Shown piece by piece: positions 9,151-19,536 of a DNA stretch of 64,000 nucleotides. Source of the stretch: Candidatus Eiseniibacteriota bacterium. GTDB taxonomy: Bacteria > Eisenbacteria > RBG-16-71-46 > JABDJR01. Below the pieces are notes generated by a model that was not told the origin of the DNA, ran no database searches, and saw only the letters and a list, made by a program, of their open reading frames with translations. Position numbers and translations under genes: made by a program. The DNA is taken from positions 416,001-480,000 of the forward strand of contig CAVXKA010000002.1 in NCBI GenBank assembly GCA_963762255.1, given 5' to 3'. The first letter of the stretch is position 1; every line of letters starts with the position of its first letter.

Positions 9151-9954
9151 CTAGAGCCGGCGGTAGATGAATTCAGGGATGACGTACTGCTGCCGATTCA
9201 TCGCCACTCCCAGGATTCGGGCGTGGTACTTCTGCAGCCGGTGAATCGACCGATGGATGACCTCCCGCTTGGTCTTGCCCGCACGCACAACCAGCACCAC
9301 CCCGTCCACTTCTCCCGCCAGCACCGCTGTTTCCGGGGCGGAGAGAACGGGCGCGACGTCCAGGATCGCGTAGTGATACTGGCCGCGAAGGTAGTTCAGG
9401 AAGGGATCCAGATGCTCCGCGGTGCACAGGGCGTAGGGGTCGGACGCAACGCCCTCGGACGGGAGGACGTCAAGACCGCGCATTTCGGATGGTCGAAGAG
9501 CGTTCGCCGGAGCTATGTGCCCCGCGAGCACCGAAGCCAGGCCCTCTCCCGATCCCACCGCTTCCACGGGCCGCGGATCCGCGTTGCGCAGGTCGGCGTC
9601 GATCAGGGCGATGTGCATCCGAGAGTCGTTGCCCAAGAACTGGGCGAATCGGGCGGCAACGGTACTCGCGCCCTCGCCGGGAACCGATCCGGCCACGAGA
9701 ATCGTCCGATGGGCCAAGTCGGGCAGCGATTGCTCCACCGAAGCCCGAAGATGAGCGAGCTCGCGAGTGAACGCGTCGCTCAGCGGCGCTTCGTCGGACT
9801 CGAATCCGGCGGCCGAGGTCAGGAACTCCATGGGGAGCCCGGGCGGGGTCTCGATGAATGCGGGGGAAGTGGGCCGCCGATCGGGCGGACGCGGCACATC
9901 CGGGGGGACCGGCTCCCCCGCCGACTTCCGGAGCGCATCATAGATCTTGCTCAT
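9151..9954 (-). CDS. CpsD/CapB-family BY tyrosine kinase homolog, probable pseudokinase
   Basis: MSKIYDAL N-terminus. Walker A reads PGEGAST (Lys replaced by Ala), Walker A' LIDADLR, Walker B ILDVAP. Confidence 0.85.
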   Translation of the reverse strand: MSKIYDALRKSAGEPVPPDVPRPPDRRPTSPAFIETPPGLPMEFLTSAAGFESDEAPLSDAFTRELAHLRASVEQSLPDLAHRTILVAGSVPGEGASTVAARFAQFLGNDSRMHIALIDADLRNADPRPVEAVGSGEGLASVLAGHIAPANALRPSEMRGLDVLPSEGVASDPYALCTAEHLDPFLNYLRGQYHYAILDVAPVLSAPETAVLAGEVDGVVLVVRAGKTKREVIHRSIHRLQKYHARILGVAMNRQQYVIPEFIYRRL

Positions 9955-9972
9955 AAACTCCGACCCCGCCTC

Positions 9973-11352
9973 CTACTCGTTGGATTCCGGAAGCGACGCG
10001 AGCACCGGGAGCCCCAGATGCTCCTCGACGTCGGTTGGTCCGCGGAGGGAATGATCCAGACTGTCCAGGAAGAATGCCAGTAGAAGCCCTACCACCACGC
10101 TCATGAGGGGGGCGAGTGCCATGCGCACGTAGTCACGCGTGTTCTTGGCCACCGGCGCGTCGGCGGGCGAGAGGATCGTCACGGTGTAGTCAGGAGCGGT
10201 GGCTTCGTTCACCTGGGTGAGAAGCTGCTTCTGCCGCAGATCCTTGAGCTTATCCTGGAGAAGACTGATCGTATTATCCCTGCGGGCCAGTTCGACTTCC
10301 ACCTGGGGGAAACGTGTCAGTTCGGTTCGGAGCGGGTCCCGTTGCGCCTCGAGATCCCTCAGGCCGGCCTCGCCTTCGCGCAATCGGGCCTCAAGAAGAT
10401 CCACCGTGCTCCGGATCTCCTTCTCAAGCATGGCGTGCGCCGACTGGACCGCCTGCTCCGCCGCCCGAAACTTGGGATGCTGGTCGGTCAGGGTCGCGGC
10501 GAGTTGATCCCGCTGTATGCGGTTCGCCATGAGCTGACGCCGAAGCTCGTTGATCGTGGTTGTGTTCTCGTTCCCCAGCTCGGTGAAGTACGGTGATTCG
10601 ATCTCCCCCGCCTCCACAAGCGATCGTGCGGTCGCCACTTGCTGAGAAAGCAGATTCACCTCATTGCGCCGATTCGTGACCTTCAGATCGGCTTCCTGGA
10701 GCAGGACACTGACGCTCGTCTGCCGGGCCTTGGAGCCGGTGGGGCCCATCTGTCCCAGGTAGGCCTCCTTCCCGGCCTGCGCCTCCGCCAGCTCGTTGCT
10801 CACCTGCTCGAGCTCTATCTCGAAGAAACGCGCGGCGGCAGGGAATGACTGGCTCTGCCGACGGAACTCTGCATAGGCGGTCGTGATCGCATCCGTGCTG
10901 GGACGACACACGGAGGCGTCCTGGCTCTCGTAGGAAATGTCGATGACGTTGGACTCGCCGAGAACCCCGGCTCCGATCCCGCCCCGATTGAGGCGGATCG
11001 GCCGGCTGATTTTCCCTTCCTTGTACCACAGATCCAGGATCTCCTGGGCTCGGTGGGCCACGGGATAGCTCTTCACCGTTTCGATCTCGGAGGAGATTTC
11101 CTCGCTCCACGGCAGGATCCGCGGATTCGGATTGAGCGTGTTCTCGCGGCGCCCCCGCTCCACTCTGAGCTTCGAGTTGGACTCATAGGTCGTTGCGGTC
11201 TGCAGGTTGAGAACGAACACCGACAGCGTAGTGACGGCGATGACAGTGAGAATGACCCACTTCTGCCGGAACACCACCGTGAGAAGATCACGGAGCGTTG
11301 CCTGACGAGGAGCCGAAAGGTTGTTTTCCACGATGCGATTCTCCGAACTCAT
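9973..11352 (-). CDS. Polysaccharide co-polymerase / chain-length determinant (GumC/Wzc N-terminal type)
   Basis: N-terminal TM (TLRDLLTVVFRQKW), long coiled-coil containing HP.F, a second TM, and a CapA-like tail LDHSLRGPTDVEEHLGLPVLASLP. Confidence 0.88.
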   Translation of the reverse strand: MSSENRIVENNLSAPRQATLRDLLTVVFRQKWVILTVIAVTTLSVFVLNLQTATTYESNSKLRVERGRRENTLNPNPRILPWSEEISSEIETVKSYPVAHRAQEILDLWYKEGKISRPIRLNRGGIGAGVLGESNVIDISYESQDASVCRPSTDAITTAYAEFRRQSQSFPAAARFFEIELEQVSNELAEAQAGKEAYLGQMGPTGSKARQTSVSVLLQEADLKVTNRRNEVNLLSQQVATARSLVEAGEIESPYFTELGNENTTTINELRRQLMANRIQRDQLAATLTDQHPKFRAAEQAVQSAHAMLEKEIRSTVDLLEARLREGEAGLRDLEAQRDPLRTELTRFPQVEVELARRDNTISLLQDKLKDLRQKQLLTQVNEATAPDYTVTILSPADAPVAKNTRDYVRMALAPLMSVVVGLLLAFFLDSLDHSLRGPTDVEEHLGLPVLASLPESNE

Positions 11353-12131
11353 GGACTAGGGATTCCCGGGCTGTTTCTCCGACCGTGCCGTAGATTTCAT
11401 TGGTGTGGAACGCCTCCCAACCGCGCAGGTAGAGGACCGGCGCCTGGACGGCCTTCCCGAGGATTTGGTCCACGGTCCGCCCGACCTGGGTGATGAAGGT
11501 GGCGGGTACGTAGACAATGTCGTAGGGAGCCAGCAGGACGTCCCGGGCCCCCTTCTTCCCGCGAAGCACGGCGCGCGAGATCTACCCTCTCCGCAGTCCC
11601 CTGTCTCTCCCCGGTGCGGCGGATGAGGAGGACGCTTCCCAGATTCGCCCCCACATTCACCCCACCGGCGGTCGCCACCGCCTGAAGCATGCTGAGCCCA
11701 GCCTTCAGCTCGATCTGCTGGGGATAGCGGACTTCCCCCAGCAGGTAGACGCTGGGCGGAGCAAAGCTCGTCACGTTGACGGTCAGCTCCGGATCCTTGA
11801 AGTAGGTGGCATAGGCGCGGGTGAGGAGGCTGTCCAGCTCGCCAGGAGTCCGACCCGCCACCAGCACCTCGCCCATGATCGGGAGCGCCACCGCCCCGTC
11901 CGGACGCACCGTGACGCGGCTCGAAAGCTGCGGTTCGAAGAGGAAATTGACGTCGAAAACGTCTCCCGTCGTCAGGCGATACCCTGTCACGGCCGACCCG
12001 CCGGCCGCGAACTCATAAGCTTCGTCCGCTCCCAGCACTTCCACGGCCGGAGATCCCGGCCGAGAACTGCCGCAGGCGACCACGGACAGACACAGTCCGA
12101 TGGCGGCAAGATACAAGAGTCGCTCTCTCAT
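11288..12131 (-). CDS. Polysaccharide export outer-membrane lipoprotein (OPX/Wza family), frameshifted near 11572
   Basis: Lipobox VVAC. Poly_export motifs YRLTTGDVF and VRPDGAVALP, then an SLBB domain. It continues in another frame as LRGKKGARDVLLAPYDIVYVP. The true stop may be the TAG at 11356 if there is a second indel. Confidence 0.85.
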
Positions 12132-12409
12132 GCTGGTCGTTATCGTCCTCTGACGCTGGAACCTAAAGTCCGGACGCCTATTCCCGCCGGAGTGGCCCGG
12201 CACGCGCCGAACCGCGACGGGAAGAACCTGTGCGCAAATCGGATGGCAAACTCAGGGGGCGGATCCGCCTCGGCTCATACGGGCACGCGACACCGCAAGC
12301 TCCCAAGACGCCGTTCGCCCCGCTGCATCATTCGTCGGGGTCTCTCAGGGCATATCAACGGCTCGCGGCAAAACCTCCTGGAGGCGGAAAACTATTTCAG
12401 CGCGCATAG

Positions 12410-12438
12410 ATGATACCGGTTAACCCGACGATTGTCAA
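12410..12438 (-). promoter_or_regulatory. Near-consensus sigma70 promoter of the polysaccharide operon
   Basis: TTGACA (12438-12433), 17-nt spacer, TATCAT (12415-12410). The -35 overlaps the TGA of the upstream gene. Confidence 0.7.
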
Positions 12439-13424
12439 AGTCCGGCCGGCTCCCCGCCCACGGACGGCCTGTCGGGCGCCATCGCTGCCCGGGCTCTCAG
12501 GGTCGCCGCCGCGAAGAGAGGAAGGAGGATTTCGTGATGCCCCACCAACTCGAGCCCGGCCCCCCGTCCCGCCGCTGTCGGGCGCTCCAGGACGTTTACC
12601 CGGGGACGGTAGTGGCGCAGGAAATCGAAGGAGACGGTGGTGATTCCGGTGAGATCCGCCCCGAGGTTCGCGGCCACCGAGAATGCCTTGAGAAAGACCT
12701 CGGGGAGGACGACCGCGGATCCGACGTTGAGTGCGACGCCCCCCGCGAACCCCTCGAGGCACCCGGCGAGGATGCGAAAGTCCCGCATCGAGGTCTCGCC
12801 GATGGCGGCGCCATCCGCGCTGGGATGCTGGTGCAGGATGTCAGTGCCGATGGCCACGTGCACGGTGGCGACGAGACCGAGCCGGTGCGCGGCAGCCAGC
12901 ACGCTGAATTCCCGGTGGGGTGAGTCCGCCCCGGCGAGTGCCATCCCCAGGGCTTCACCGAGACCGAGCCCCTCCCGAGCCGCCCGCCGCGTGATCTCGT
13001 TCATCTCCGTTGCGGTCTCGGCCGCCATCCCGAACGTGCCGGCATCGAGAGAGGACTCCACGTCCTCGCTGGTGCGACCGAACCGGGCAACCTCGAAATC
13101 ATGAATGGCGGCGGCGCCATTCATGGCCACCGCGTTCACAATCCCCTCTTCCATGAGTTGGACGAGGACCGGCCCGCAACCCGTCTTCACGACATGGCCG
13201 CCCAGCATTGCCAGGACCAGCTTGTGCGCATGGGCGGCGCGGGCTACGGCCTCGACGGCTCGCCGCAGTGTCTCGCCGGCCAGGATGCGCGGGAAAGCGT
13301 CCAGGATCTCGCCCATCTCAGGCGTGACGCGCCGCGCGAAATCCTCCACCCGCACCTTGGAGGAACGGGAGGCCACCGGTTGAGGCCGAATTCGAGTGAG
13401 ATCGGCCTCCCGGAACCGGCTCAC
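12435..13424 (-). CDS. Conserved protein with deoxyhypusine-synthase-like fold
   Basis: Motifs MLGGHVVKTG, AMNGAAAIHDFE, GTDILHQHP, NVGSAVVLPEVFLK and GHHEILLPL resemble DHS-like family proteins. Confidence 0.6.
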   Translation of the reverse strand: MSRFREADLTRIRPQPVASRSSKVRVEDFARRVTPEMGEILDAFPRILAGETLRRAVEAVARAAHAHKLVLAMLGGHVVKTGCGPVLVQLMEEGIVNAVAMNGAAAIHDFEVARFGRTSEDVESSLDAGTFGMAAETATEMNEITRRAAREGLGLGEALGMALAGADSPHREFSVLAAAHRLGLVATVHVAIGTDILHQHPSADGAAIGETSMRDFRILAGCLEGFAGGVALNVGSAVVLPEVFLKAFSVAANLGADLTGITTVSFDFLRHYRPRVNVLERPTAAGRGAGLELVGHHEILLPLFAAATLRARAAMAPDRPSVGGEPAGL

Positions 13425-14263
13425 CGCGCGCCCCCAGCGGCGGGGCGTGGCAGATTGGGATTTGGCACCCCCCTGCCTGCAGCGCCGGGGGTGAAGGACT
13501 CCAGCTCGGCGGCGATCGACCCGACCGCGACCTTGCTCTTCATGAGCACGGGCATGCGGCGCGCATCGTCCGTGAGCCAGATCGTGAGGCTCCCCTCCTG
13601 CTTGAAGAGGCCTGCCGACTTGAGCAGCGGTTCTACGACGACGCAGGCGAATGTCCCCGCCGGGACGGTGACCGTCTCCCGCCTCAGCACCCTGACCTCC
13701 ACGGGATAGTTCTTGCCGTCGGTGTGGTTCGGCACGACCAGAACCGCGCCGGGCGCGAGCGCTTGGCTACGCACGAAGTAGAACGCGCTCAGCACGTCCT
13801 GACTTCCCTCGGGGAACGGAAAGCTCTTGCCGCTCGTGTAGGTCGCACGCCGCTGGCTGTGGTCGAATCGCATCCCGCCGTCCTTGACGTACTTGCCCTC
13901 GCGGATGTGCTTCTCGAATCGCAGCGGCAGACGCGCGGTGACCGACCATACCGACTCCACCCGGTCCTTGACCGGGAAGAACGTGGAGAAGAAACGGCTC
14001 GATTCGGCTGTGGACCGGAAACGGTAGGCTGTCTGGCCGTCCACGATTTCCGGCCCATGCACGGACAGGCGTGCCTCTCCCGCACGCACCGGACCGTACT
14101 TGACCGCGAAGCGAAGCTCCTCGCCGGGCGCGAACGGCAGAGGGGAATCGGCCGGCAGCGCTGACTCCGCATCGGAGCACGGGGCGACCATGGCCGCCCC
14201 CAGCGCGAGCAGGGGCACCAGAAGGATCGAGGCGACTCGTTTGCTCCGCAGCAACACTTGCAT
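13421..14263 (-). CDS. DUF3108 domain exported protein
   Basis: Signal peptide, then PFAPGEELRF, QDVLSAFYFVR, TVPAGTFAC and IWLTDDARRMPV. Confidence 0.8.
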   Translation of the reverse strand: MQVLLRSKRVASILLVPLLALGAAMVAPCSDAESALPADSPLPFAPGEELRFAVKYGPVRAGEARLSVHGPEIVDGQTAYRFRSTAESSRFFSTFFPVKDRVESVWSVTARLPLRFEKHIREGKYVKDGGMRFDHSQRRATYTSGKSFPFPEGSQDVLSAFYFVRSQALAPGAVLVVPNHTDGKNYPVEVRVLRRETVTVPAGTFACVVVEPLLKSAGLFKQEGSLTIWLTDDARRMPVLMKSKVAVGSIAAELESFTPGAAGRGVPNPNLPRPAAGGAR

Positions 14264-14281
14264 CGACTACCTTTCCCCGGA

Positions 14282-14738
14282 CTAGCGAAGCCCGGTGTGC
14301 CCGAAGCCACCGTCGCCTCTCGCTGAGGGAGGCAGCTCGTCCAACTCTTCCAGCGTCACCTCAGGCACTCGAGCGAACACGATCTGAGCGATGCGATCGC
14401 CATCGTGCACGACAAACGGCTCACGCCCCAGGTTGGCCAGGATCACTCCGAGGGGCCCCCGGTAGTCGCTGTCGATCGTCCCCGGGCCGTTCAGGACGGC
14501 GATCCCGTGCCGGAGCGCGAGACCCGATCGCGCCCGAACTTGCCCCTCAAACCCGGGCGGGATCGCCAACGCGAGCCCGGTGGGTATGAGGGCCACCCGC
14601 CCCGGACTCAGCTCCTCGGGGGCGTCCAGGCAGGCCCGCAAATCGAATCCTGACGCGCCTGCCGTGGCCCGCTTCCGGAGCGCGGGCGCCCGGTTTCAGA
14701 CGAATATACCCGACGCGGGTGGGTATGGGTCCCGTCAT
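14282..14738 (-). CDS. dut: dUTP diphosphatase, frameshifted near 14673
   Basis: The N-terminus [21 protein letters not shown] joins [13 protein letters not shown] in another frame. Motifs [15 protein letters not shown] and [10 protein letters not shown] are present. Confidence 0.92.
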
Positions 14739-16039
14739 GGCAAGGTCAATTCCACTTCGCTCGAGAAAGCCCGTACGCGGAGGTCCGATGGCCGCACCGG
14801 GCCCAGGGCCACCAGGCACTGCCGCTCGGGAAGCAGCGTCTCCGCTGCTGCATCCATCACGTCACCCTCGGTCAGCGCCTCGTAGTCGGCCAGCACCTGC
14901 TCCACCGACTCCGGCCCTCCGGTGCGAAACTCCGCGTGGGCCAGCCGGGTCATTCGATTGCTCAAGGACTCGAGGCCCATGATGAGTGCGCCCCGCACTT
15001 GCGCTTTGGCCGCATCGAGCTCGCCCGGCCGCAGGCCGTCCCGACTCAGAATGCGGATCTCCTCGATCGCCCGCTCGAGCGCCTCGGTGCCGCGCGCGGG
15101 AGACACCCCGAGCGCCACTCCGAAGAGGCCGGCGTCCGAGAAATGATCGGTGTACGCGGAGACGGAATATGCCAACCCCGCTTCCTCGCGGATGCTCTGG
15201 AAAAGGCGACTGGCCATGCCTCCCCCCAGGATCTCGGCAAGAAGACTCACGGGGCGGCGCTGCGGATCCCGATCGGAGGGCGCCGGACTCACCAGGAGGA
15301 GATGAACTTGAGCGAGATCGCTGGGATACACGGTCAAGGTGTTCGCGGCGGGCGAAGGCGCGGTTCGGCCGTCCCCGCCCGCACGATGCGGCAGGTCGAG
15401 ATGCTCTGTGAAGAGCGCCTCCACGCGCTGGGGATCTGCCGCTCCCGCCACGCTCACCACCGCCCGGGGAGCGAGGTACTCCCTGAGGTGGAACGCGGCC
15501 ACATGCTCGGCGTCCAGCGCGGTCAACGATTCGCGGGTACCCAGGATGGAGGTGCCCAGGATGTGGCCCGGCCAGAGCTGGGCCATGCCAAGATCGCCGA
15601 TCAGGTCTTCAGGATTGTCCTCGACGCTGGAGAGCTCCTCGAGCACGACTTTGCGCTCGAGATCGACGTCGTTGGGAGAGAGGCGAGGCCCCCCCACCAG
15701 ATCGCACACCACGTCCACCGCCAGCGCGAGATCTTCCTCGAGCACGCGGGCGTAGAAGCAGGTGTGCTCCTTGGTGGTAAACGCATCGAGGCTCCCGCCG
15801 ACACGCTCCACGCTCAGCGCGATCTCGCGCCCGGTACGGCGCCGCGTCCCCTTGAACGCCAGGTGCTCGATGAGGTGGGCGGCTCCCTCGAAGCCGGGAA
15901 GCTCGTCGCGACTGCCGGCGCGGACCCACACGCCGACGGCCACCGACCTCCGGCCGGGCACCGACTCCATGACGAGTCGGGCCCCGCCCGGAAGTTCACG
16001 GCGGAAATAGGCCGCCTCGTTCATGCCGCTCCTCGTCAC
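14735..16039 (-). CDS. M16 (pitrilysin-family) zinc peptidase
   Basis: Inverted zinc motif [13 protein letters not shown] and [17 protein letters not shown]. Usual position downstream of pnp. Confidence 0.92.
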   Translation of the reverse strand: MTRSGMNEAAYFRRELPGGARLVMESVPGRRSVAVGVWVRAGSRDELPGFEGAAHLIEHLAFKGTRRRTGREIALSVERVGGSLDAFTTKEHTCFYARVLEEDLALAVDVVCDLVGGPRLSPNDVDLERKVVLEELSSVEDNPEDLIGDLGMAQLWPGHILGTSILGTRESLTALDAEHVAAFHLREYLAPRAVVSVAGAADPQRVEALFTEHLDLPHRAGGDGRTAPSPAANTLTVYPSDLAQVHLLLVSPAPSDRDPQRRPVSLLAEILGGGMASRLFQSIREEAGLAYSVSAYTDHFSDAGLFGVALGVSPARGTEALERAIEEIRILSRDGLRPGELDAAKAQVRGALIMGLESLSNRMTRLAHAEFRTGGPESVEQVLADYEALTEGDVMDAAAETLLPERQCLVALGPVRPSDLRVRAFSSEVELTLP

Positions 16040-16065
16040 GGTGCGGGGAGGACGCCCGGGCGCCG

Positions 16066-18150
16066 CTACTCCTTGCCGATCAGCAGGGCCTTGCGGGAGA
16101 GCCGCACCTTGCCTTCGGGATCCACACCGATGACCTTGACCTGGAGGCGATCTCCCTCGCGGCAGACGTCCTCCACCTTGGCCACGCGATTGATGTCCAG
16201 CTCGGAGATGTGGACCAGACCGTCCCTGTTAGGCAGAATCTCGACGAACGCGCCGAAATTCGTGATGCGGCGCACGATGCCGTCGTAGACGGCCCCCACC
16301 TCGGGATCCTGGGTGAGCCCCTTGATGATGTCCACGGCCCGGCGCCCGCCCTCGGCATCGTAGGCCGCCACCTTCACCGTTCCGTCGTCATCGATGTCGA
16401 TGTTGGCGCCGGTGTCCTCTTGGATCTTGCGGATGATCTTGCCGCCGGGGCCGATGACTTCGCGGATCTTCTCCGGATTGATGGTGAGAACCGTGATGCG
16501 CGGGGCATAGGCGCTGAGCTCGGTGCGCGGCGCGGGCAGCGCCGCGTACATGATGTCCAGGATGTGGAGGCGGCCCTTGCGCGCCTCCTCCAGCGCCTGC
16601 TCGAGGATTTCGAAATTGAGCCCGCGCTTGAGCTTGATGTCCATCTGGATGGCGGTGATCCCCTTGCGGGTGCCGGCCACCTTGAAGTCCATGTCGCCCA
16701 GATGATCTTCCACCCCGAGGATATCGGTGATGATCGCGGTCTTGTGCTCGCCCTCGATGAGCCCCATGGCCACACCGGCCACGTGAGCCTGGATCGGCAC
16801 GCCCGCGTCCATGAGCGCGAGACTCCCGCCGCAGACGGTGGCCATCGACGAGGAGCCGTTCGACTCGAGAATGTCCGACACCAGGCGGATCGTGTAGGGG
16901 AAGTTCTCCTCGGACGGGATCACCGACTCCAGCGCGCGCTCGGCCAGTTTGCCGTGACCGATTTCGCGCCGGCCGGGGCCCCGGATGGGACGCACCTCGC
17001 CGACCGAGAAGGACGGGAAGTTGTAGTGAAGGAGGAAGCTCTTCCAGGTCTCGCCCTCGAGCTGGTCCAGCTTCTGCTCGTCGGAACCGGTGCCGAGGGT
17101 GGTGACCACCAGCGCCTGGGTCTGGCCGCGAGTGAACACAGAGGATCCGTGGGTCCGCGGCAGGAGCCCCAGCTCGCAGGTGATGGGCCGGATGTCGCTC
17201 AAGCCGCGCCCGTCCGCGCGCACACCCTCGTCGAGGATGCGGCCGCGCAGATGCTCCTTCTCGATCGACCCCAGCACCGACTTCACGTCGGAGAGGTTGT
17301 CGGGGTAGGTCTCGGCGAAGGCCAGCAAGGCCTCCTTGACCACCGCGCTCAGCGCCTCTTCGCGCTCGTGCTTGTCCGTCAGAATATTCGCCTCACGCAG
17401 GCGGACTCCGAAGGACGCTTCGACCTTCTCGCGAATGCCGGCGAGCGGCTGAGCCGCCTTGAACGCCCACTTGGGCTTGCCGGCCTTGGCCATCAGCTCG
17501 CGCTGCAGCGCGCAGATCTTCTTGATTTCCTCGTGGGCGAAGCGCAAGACCTCGAGCATCTCCGCCTCGCCGGCTTGCCGGCCGCTCCCCTCGACCATCA
17601 CGATCGAGTCCTCGGTGCCCGCCACCGCCATGTTGATCGTGCAGTCATCCTGCTCGTCCAAGGTGGGGTTGGCGACGAGCCGGGTGCCGATCTTCCCCAC
17701 GCGCACGGCCGCCAGCGGGCCGGGGAAGGGAAGCTCCGAGATGTTGATCGCGGCCGCCGCCGCAATCAGCGCCGGGATGTCCGAGTCGTTCTCGGCGTCG
17801 TGCGAGAGCACGTTCAGATGAACCTGGATCTCCGCGTTGTACCCGCTGGGAAAGAGAGGCCTGAGGGCACGGTCAGTCAGCCGCGAGGAGAGGATTTCCT
17901 TCTCGGTGGGGCGTCCTTCCCTCTTGAAGAAGCCGCCGGGAATGCGGCCGGCGGCATACATCTTCTCGCGGTAGTCCACGGTGAGGGGCAGGAAGTCCCG
18001 ATCCGGCTTGCCCTCGCGCTCCCCGACGACGGCGGCGATGACCACGGTGTCGGCGTAGCGAACAAGGCAGGCGCCGTTGGCCTGCCGGGCCAGATGTCCG
18101 GTTTCGATGATGAGGGTTCGCCCCCCCAGTTCCATGCTGACGGTATGCAC
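16066..18150 (-). CDS. pnp: Polyribonucleotide nucleotidyltransferase
   Basis: Motifs [23 protein letters not shown] and [10 protein letters not shown], with KH and S1 domains. Confidence 0.98.
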   Translation of the reverse strand: MHTVSMELGGRTLIIETGHLARQANGACLVRYADTVVIAAVVGEREGKPDRDFLPLTVDYREKMYAAGRIPGGFFKREGRPTEKEILSSRLTDRALRPLFPSGYNAEIQVHLNVLSHDAENDSDIPALIAAAAAINISELPFPGPLAAVRVGKIGTRLVANPTLDEQDDCTINMAVAGTEDSIVMVEGSGRQAGEAEMLEVLRFAHEEIKKICALQRELMAKAGKPKWAFKAAQPLAGIREKVEASFGVRLREANILTDKHEREEALSAVVKEALLAFAETYPDNLSDVKSVLGSIEKEHLRGRILDEGVRADGRGLSDIRPITCELGLLPRTHGSSVFTRGQTQALVVTTLGTGSDEQKLDQLEGETWKSFLLHYNFPSFSVGEVRPIRGPGRREIGHGKLAERALESVIPSEENFPYTIRLVSDILESNGSSSMATVCGGSLALMDAGVPIQAHVAGVAMGLIEGEHKTAIITDILGVEDHLGDMDFKVAGTRKGITAIQMDIKLKRGLNFEILEQALEEARKGRLHILDIMYAALPAPRTELSAYAPRITVLTINPEKIREVIGPGGKIIRKIQEDTGANIDIDDDGTVKVAAYDAEGGRRAVDIIKGLTQDPEVGAVYDGIVRRITNFGAFVEILPNRDGLVHISELDINRVAKVEDVCREGDRLQVKVIGVDPEGKVRLSRKALLIGKE

Positions 18151-18226
18151 TGCTTACACTCCTTTGCGCATCAACAGACGGGCTCCACTTGAAGCCGGGT
18201 CTTCTCTCTGGATTGTGAAAAACCGA

Positions 18227-18496
18227 TTACTTGCGCAGCCCGAGCTCTTTCACGATGGTGCGGTAGCGCTCGATCTCGTTGGCCTTCAGGTAGTCGAGAA
18301 GGCGGCGGCGCTGGCCGACGAGCTTCAGGAGCCCGCGGCGAGAGTGGTGATCCTTCTTGTGGATCCGGAAGTGCTCGGTCAGGTACTTGATCCGCTCCGT
18401 GAGGAGCGCGATCTGGACTTCGGGGGATCCCGAGTCGTGCTCATGAAGGCGAAACTTGTCGATCAGGTCTTTCTTCTGATCCCTGCTCAAAGCCAT
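18227..18496 (-). CDS. rpsO: 30S ribosomal protein S15
   Basis: [13 protein letters not shown]...[20 protein letters not shown], with a GGAGG RBS before ATG 18496. Confidence 0.98.
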   Translation of the reverse strand: MALSRDQKKDLIDKFRLHEHDSGSPEVQIALLTERIKYLTEHFRIHKKDHHSRRGLLKLVGQRRRLLDYLKANEIERYRTIVKELGLRK

Positions 18497-18592
18497 CGAA
18501 ACCTCCCAACGCATTGAAACGACGCCACAACCCGGGTTGGGACCCAGAGGAGGGCGGATGGGGCTACCCCAAATGCTAATTGCCAGCGGAGG

Positions 18593-18621
18593 ACCTTACC
18601 ATCAGCCGGCGGGCATCTCAA
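18593..18621 (-). promoter_or_regulatory. Putative sigma70 promoter of rpsO-pnp
   Basis: TTGAGA (18621-18616), 17-nt spacer, TAAGGT (18598-18593) with TG extension. It leaves a leader of about 90 nt. Confidence 0.5.
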
Positions 18622-18627
18622 GCGGGA

Positions 18628-19536
18628 TTATCGACCGGCCGGGGGCGGGATCAAGCGAATCCGGGCCGCGGCGGCGTCGCGGCCGATCTGGGCCGACAAC
18701 TCCTCCGCACCGGCGAACTTGCGCTCCGGCCGAAGCCGGTCGACGAAGTCCAACTCGAGCCGCGCTCCCCGGAGATCCCCTTCGAAATCAAGGAGGTGGA
18801 CTTCAACCGTCGGCGGCCCGTCCCCGAACGTGGGCCGGGCCCCCAAGTTCACCACCCCCGGCGCCAAGGCGAGACCGGCGCCGCTCACCATCACGGCGTA
18901 CACCCCTCGCGCCGGCTGAAGTTTGTGAGGTAACACGCTGAGGTTGGCGGTCGGAAAACCCAAGCTGCGCCCGCGACCGTCCCCCACCCCCACGAGGCCC
19001 GCCAGTCGGTAGGGCCGCCCGAGGAGACCCGCGGCCCGCGCCACCGCGCCTTCGTTCAAGAGGCGACGAACCCGGGTCGAGGAAACCGGTCCCTCCCCGT
19101 CCAGGACCGGCGGCACCCCCTCGACATCGAAACCACCCTCACGCCCGAGACCCCGCAGGACAGGAATCGTCCCCGCCCGCTCGCGTCCCATGGCGAAATC
19201 GTATCCGACAACCAGGGCAGCCAGGCGACCGAAGGCATAGACATGCTCCTCGAGAAACCGGTGCGGCGGTCGCGCGGCAAGGCGTTCGTTGAAGCTGAGT
19301 ACGCGCACCTCCCCCGCCCCCGCCCCTCGCAAGAGCGCGATCTTCTCAGCGAGCGGGGTGAGTTGCGGCGATCCGGCGGCGCCGGCCAGCACCGCCCGCG
19401 GATGCGCGTCGAAGGTGAACACCACGAGAGACGCGCCACTCTCCCGCGCCCGCTCCCGCGCCCGCGCAACGACAGCGGAGTGGCCGCGGTGGAAACCGTC
19501 GAAGACTCCGATCGTAGCCACCACCGCCCGGCTCAT
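18628..19536 (-). CDS. ribF: Bifunctional riboflavin kinase/FAD synthetase
   Basis: Motifs IGVFDGFHRGH, VSSTRVR, GRGRSLGFPTAN and EVHLLDF. ATG 19536 overlaps the truB stop. Confidence 0.95.
   Translation of the reverse strand: MSRAVVATIGVFDGFHRGHSAVVARARERARESGASLVVFTFDAHPRAVLAGAAGSPQLTPLAEKIALLRGAGAGEVRVLSFNERLAARPPHRFLEEHVYAFGRLAALVVGYDFAMGRERAGTIPVLRGLGREGGFDVEGVPPVLDGEGPVSSTRVRRLLNEGAVARAAGLLGRPYRLAGLVGVGDGRGRSLGFPTANLSVLPHKLQPARGVYAVMVSGAGLALAPGVVNLGARPTFGDGPPTVEVHLLDFEGDLRGARLELDFVDRLRPERKFAGAEELSAQIGRDAAAARIRLIPPPAGR

Noticed and set aside
12234-12248. Sigma54-like TGCCAT-N5-TTGC on the minus strand in the wza leader
   Set aside because: It lacks the invariant GG at -24, and a good sigma70 promoter exists upstream.
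16210-18192. 660-aa plus-strand ORF, and similar long ORFs at 8302..10083, 21220..24024, 33314..35518, 40051..41916 and 54243..56867
   Set aside because: These are antisense shadows of well-conserved genes, expected from high-GC codon bias. They carry no recognisable motifs.
18497-18590. Possible S15 autoregulatory leader RNA
   Set aside because: The position fits, but I could not identify a defined structure by eye.
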